Assembly (NCBI GenBank): GCA_038224135.1
Contig: JBBRFO010000001.1
Span: forward strand, 9,503 to 73,502
Reading direction: 5' to 3'
DNA: 64,000 nt
Origin: Solirubrobacterales bacterium
GTDB lineage: Bacteria > Actinomycetota > Thermoleophilia > Solirubrobacterales > Solirubrobacteraceae
The notes under the pieces were generated by a model, which did no database searches, was not told the DNA's origin, and worked only from the letters and a program-made list of their open reading frames with translations. The number at the start of each line of letters is the position of its first letter. The first letter of the stretch is position 1. Below are positions 63,564 to 64,000 of this stretch, in pieces. A program made the position numbers and the translations under genes.

Positions 63564-63830
63564 ATGGAAGGTTTCGGAGGCATGTTCGGTGACCCTGAGG
63601 AGCTCCAGCGGCGGATGGCGGAGTTCGCGGAGCAGATGCAGAGCCAGCAGTCGCTCGCGTGGGCCGACAACGCGATCAAGCTCGCGGTCGACATGACCGT
63701 CGCGGCGATCAACCGCGTCAACGTGCAGGGCACGACGACCGAGCAGGCCGAGCAGATCCGCGCCGTGATGGCGGTCGTCTTCCCCGAGGCGGTCACGCTC
63801 GTGCGAGAAGCCCGCACCGGGCTCACCTAG
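63564..63830 (+). CDS. hypothetical small protein (88 aa)
   Basis: High GC3 throughout, no recognised motif. Starts only 16 nt from the divergent hydrolase start. Confidence 0.55.
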   Translation: MEGFGGMFGDPEELQRRMAEFAEQMQSQQSLAWADNAIKLAVDMTVAAINRVNVQGTTTEQAEQIRAVMAVVFPEAVTLVREARTGLT

Positions 63831-64000
63831 ACCGGCGGTGTCCGCTCCGCCGCGCGGTGCTCGCGGCCGGCGTCGATGACGTCGCGGAACGAGCGGAACC
63901 CGAAGACGAGTGCGAGCGCGGCGAAGCCGACGCCGAGCGAGACGGTCGCGATCGCGATCTGCTGGCCGACCGAGTACGCCGCGACGGTCGACGCCGCCGC
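63827..64000 (-). CDS. C-terminal end of a membrane protein (5' part outside window)
   Basis: Own translation: ...AAASTVAAYSVGQQIAIATVSLGVGFAALALVFGFRSFRDVIDAGREHRAAERTPPV*. Nearly all third positions are G/C. Stop at 63827-63829. Confidence 0.5.
   Translation of the reverse strand, partial: AAASTVAAYSVGQQIAIATVSLGVGFAALALVFGFRSFRDVIDAGREHRAAERTPPV

Noticed and set aside
1-64000. Search for CRISPR arrays, tRNA/rRNA genes, IS elements, integrases, toxin-antitoxin pairs or known defence genes.
   Set aside because: Reading both strands, I found no regularly spaced direct repeats, no tRNA-like cloverleaf candidates in the few spacers longer than 100 nt, and no transposase, recombinase or phage-like ORFs. 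A proper scan (tRNAscan-SE, Infernal, ISEScan, DefenseFinder) would be needed to make this definitive.

Overview
The window is very GC-rich: by eye well above 65 % GC, with third codon positions almost all G/C. It is densely coding, and neighbouring genes often share 4-nt ATGA or GTGA stop/start overlaps. The gene content and style look like an Actinomycetota chromosome, possibly Thermoleophilia- or Rubrobacteria-like, but I cannot verify the taxon.

I support about 67 protein-coding genes and found no rRNA, tRNA, CRISPR array, IS element, integrase or phage gene. This is core chromosome rather than an obvious accessory island.

Main blocks, in order:
- 1-11 kb: housekeeping and redox genes. 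These include a truncated cNMP-binding protein, a UPF0104-type membrane protein, a beta-lactamase-fold serine hydrolase, a UDG-family glycosylase, an SDR, a GNAT, a Zn-ADH, a thioesterase, an EamA transporter, and a CrtI-like oxidoreductase-PadR operon with a candidate operator.
- 11.1-22 kb: two divergent, frame-locked operons. One encodes GT2, DUF2064, a methyltransferase, a membrane-fused molybdoenzyme and a membrane protein. The other encodes a polytopic membrane protein, a beta-propeller lipoprotein, an epimerase, a two-component system and a second beta-propeller lipoprotein. I read this as an uncharacterised envelope-glycoconjugate locus.
- 22.5-25.8 kb: a cysteine-motif cluster. It holds a CxxxxC flavoprotein disulfide reductase, an exported DUF929 CPFC protein coupled to a 4-TM 'CC' protein, and a DUF4395 protein with two CxxC motifs.
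- 25.8-31.1 kb: ppdK, an enoyl-CoA hydratase, serS and a cytochrome c lipoprotein.
- 32.4-47.1 kb: a complete nuoA-N operon.
- 47.1-51.8 kb: an Rrf2 regulator without cluster cysteines, followed by quinol-type NO reductase. The NO reductase gene is frame-locked to an unrecognised Cys/His-rich membrane protein and an SPFH protein, and a cupin gene follows.
- 51.8-64 kb: sulfate ABC transporter genes, a large ThyX-like protein, an amino-acid ABC transporter, acs, a membrane protein and an alpha/beta hydrolase.

The two best candidates for undescribed biology are the qNOR-coupled Cys/His membrane protein with its SPFH and cupin neighbours, and the DUF929 / CC-membrane / DUF4395 thiol module. Several exact dyad symmetries in intergenic DNA are also reported.

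All functional calls come from motif recognition by eye. No database search was run.
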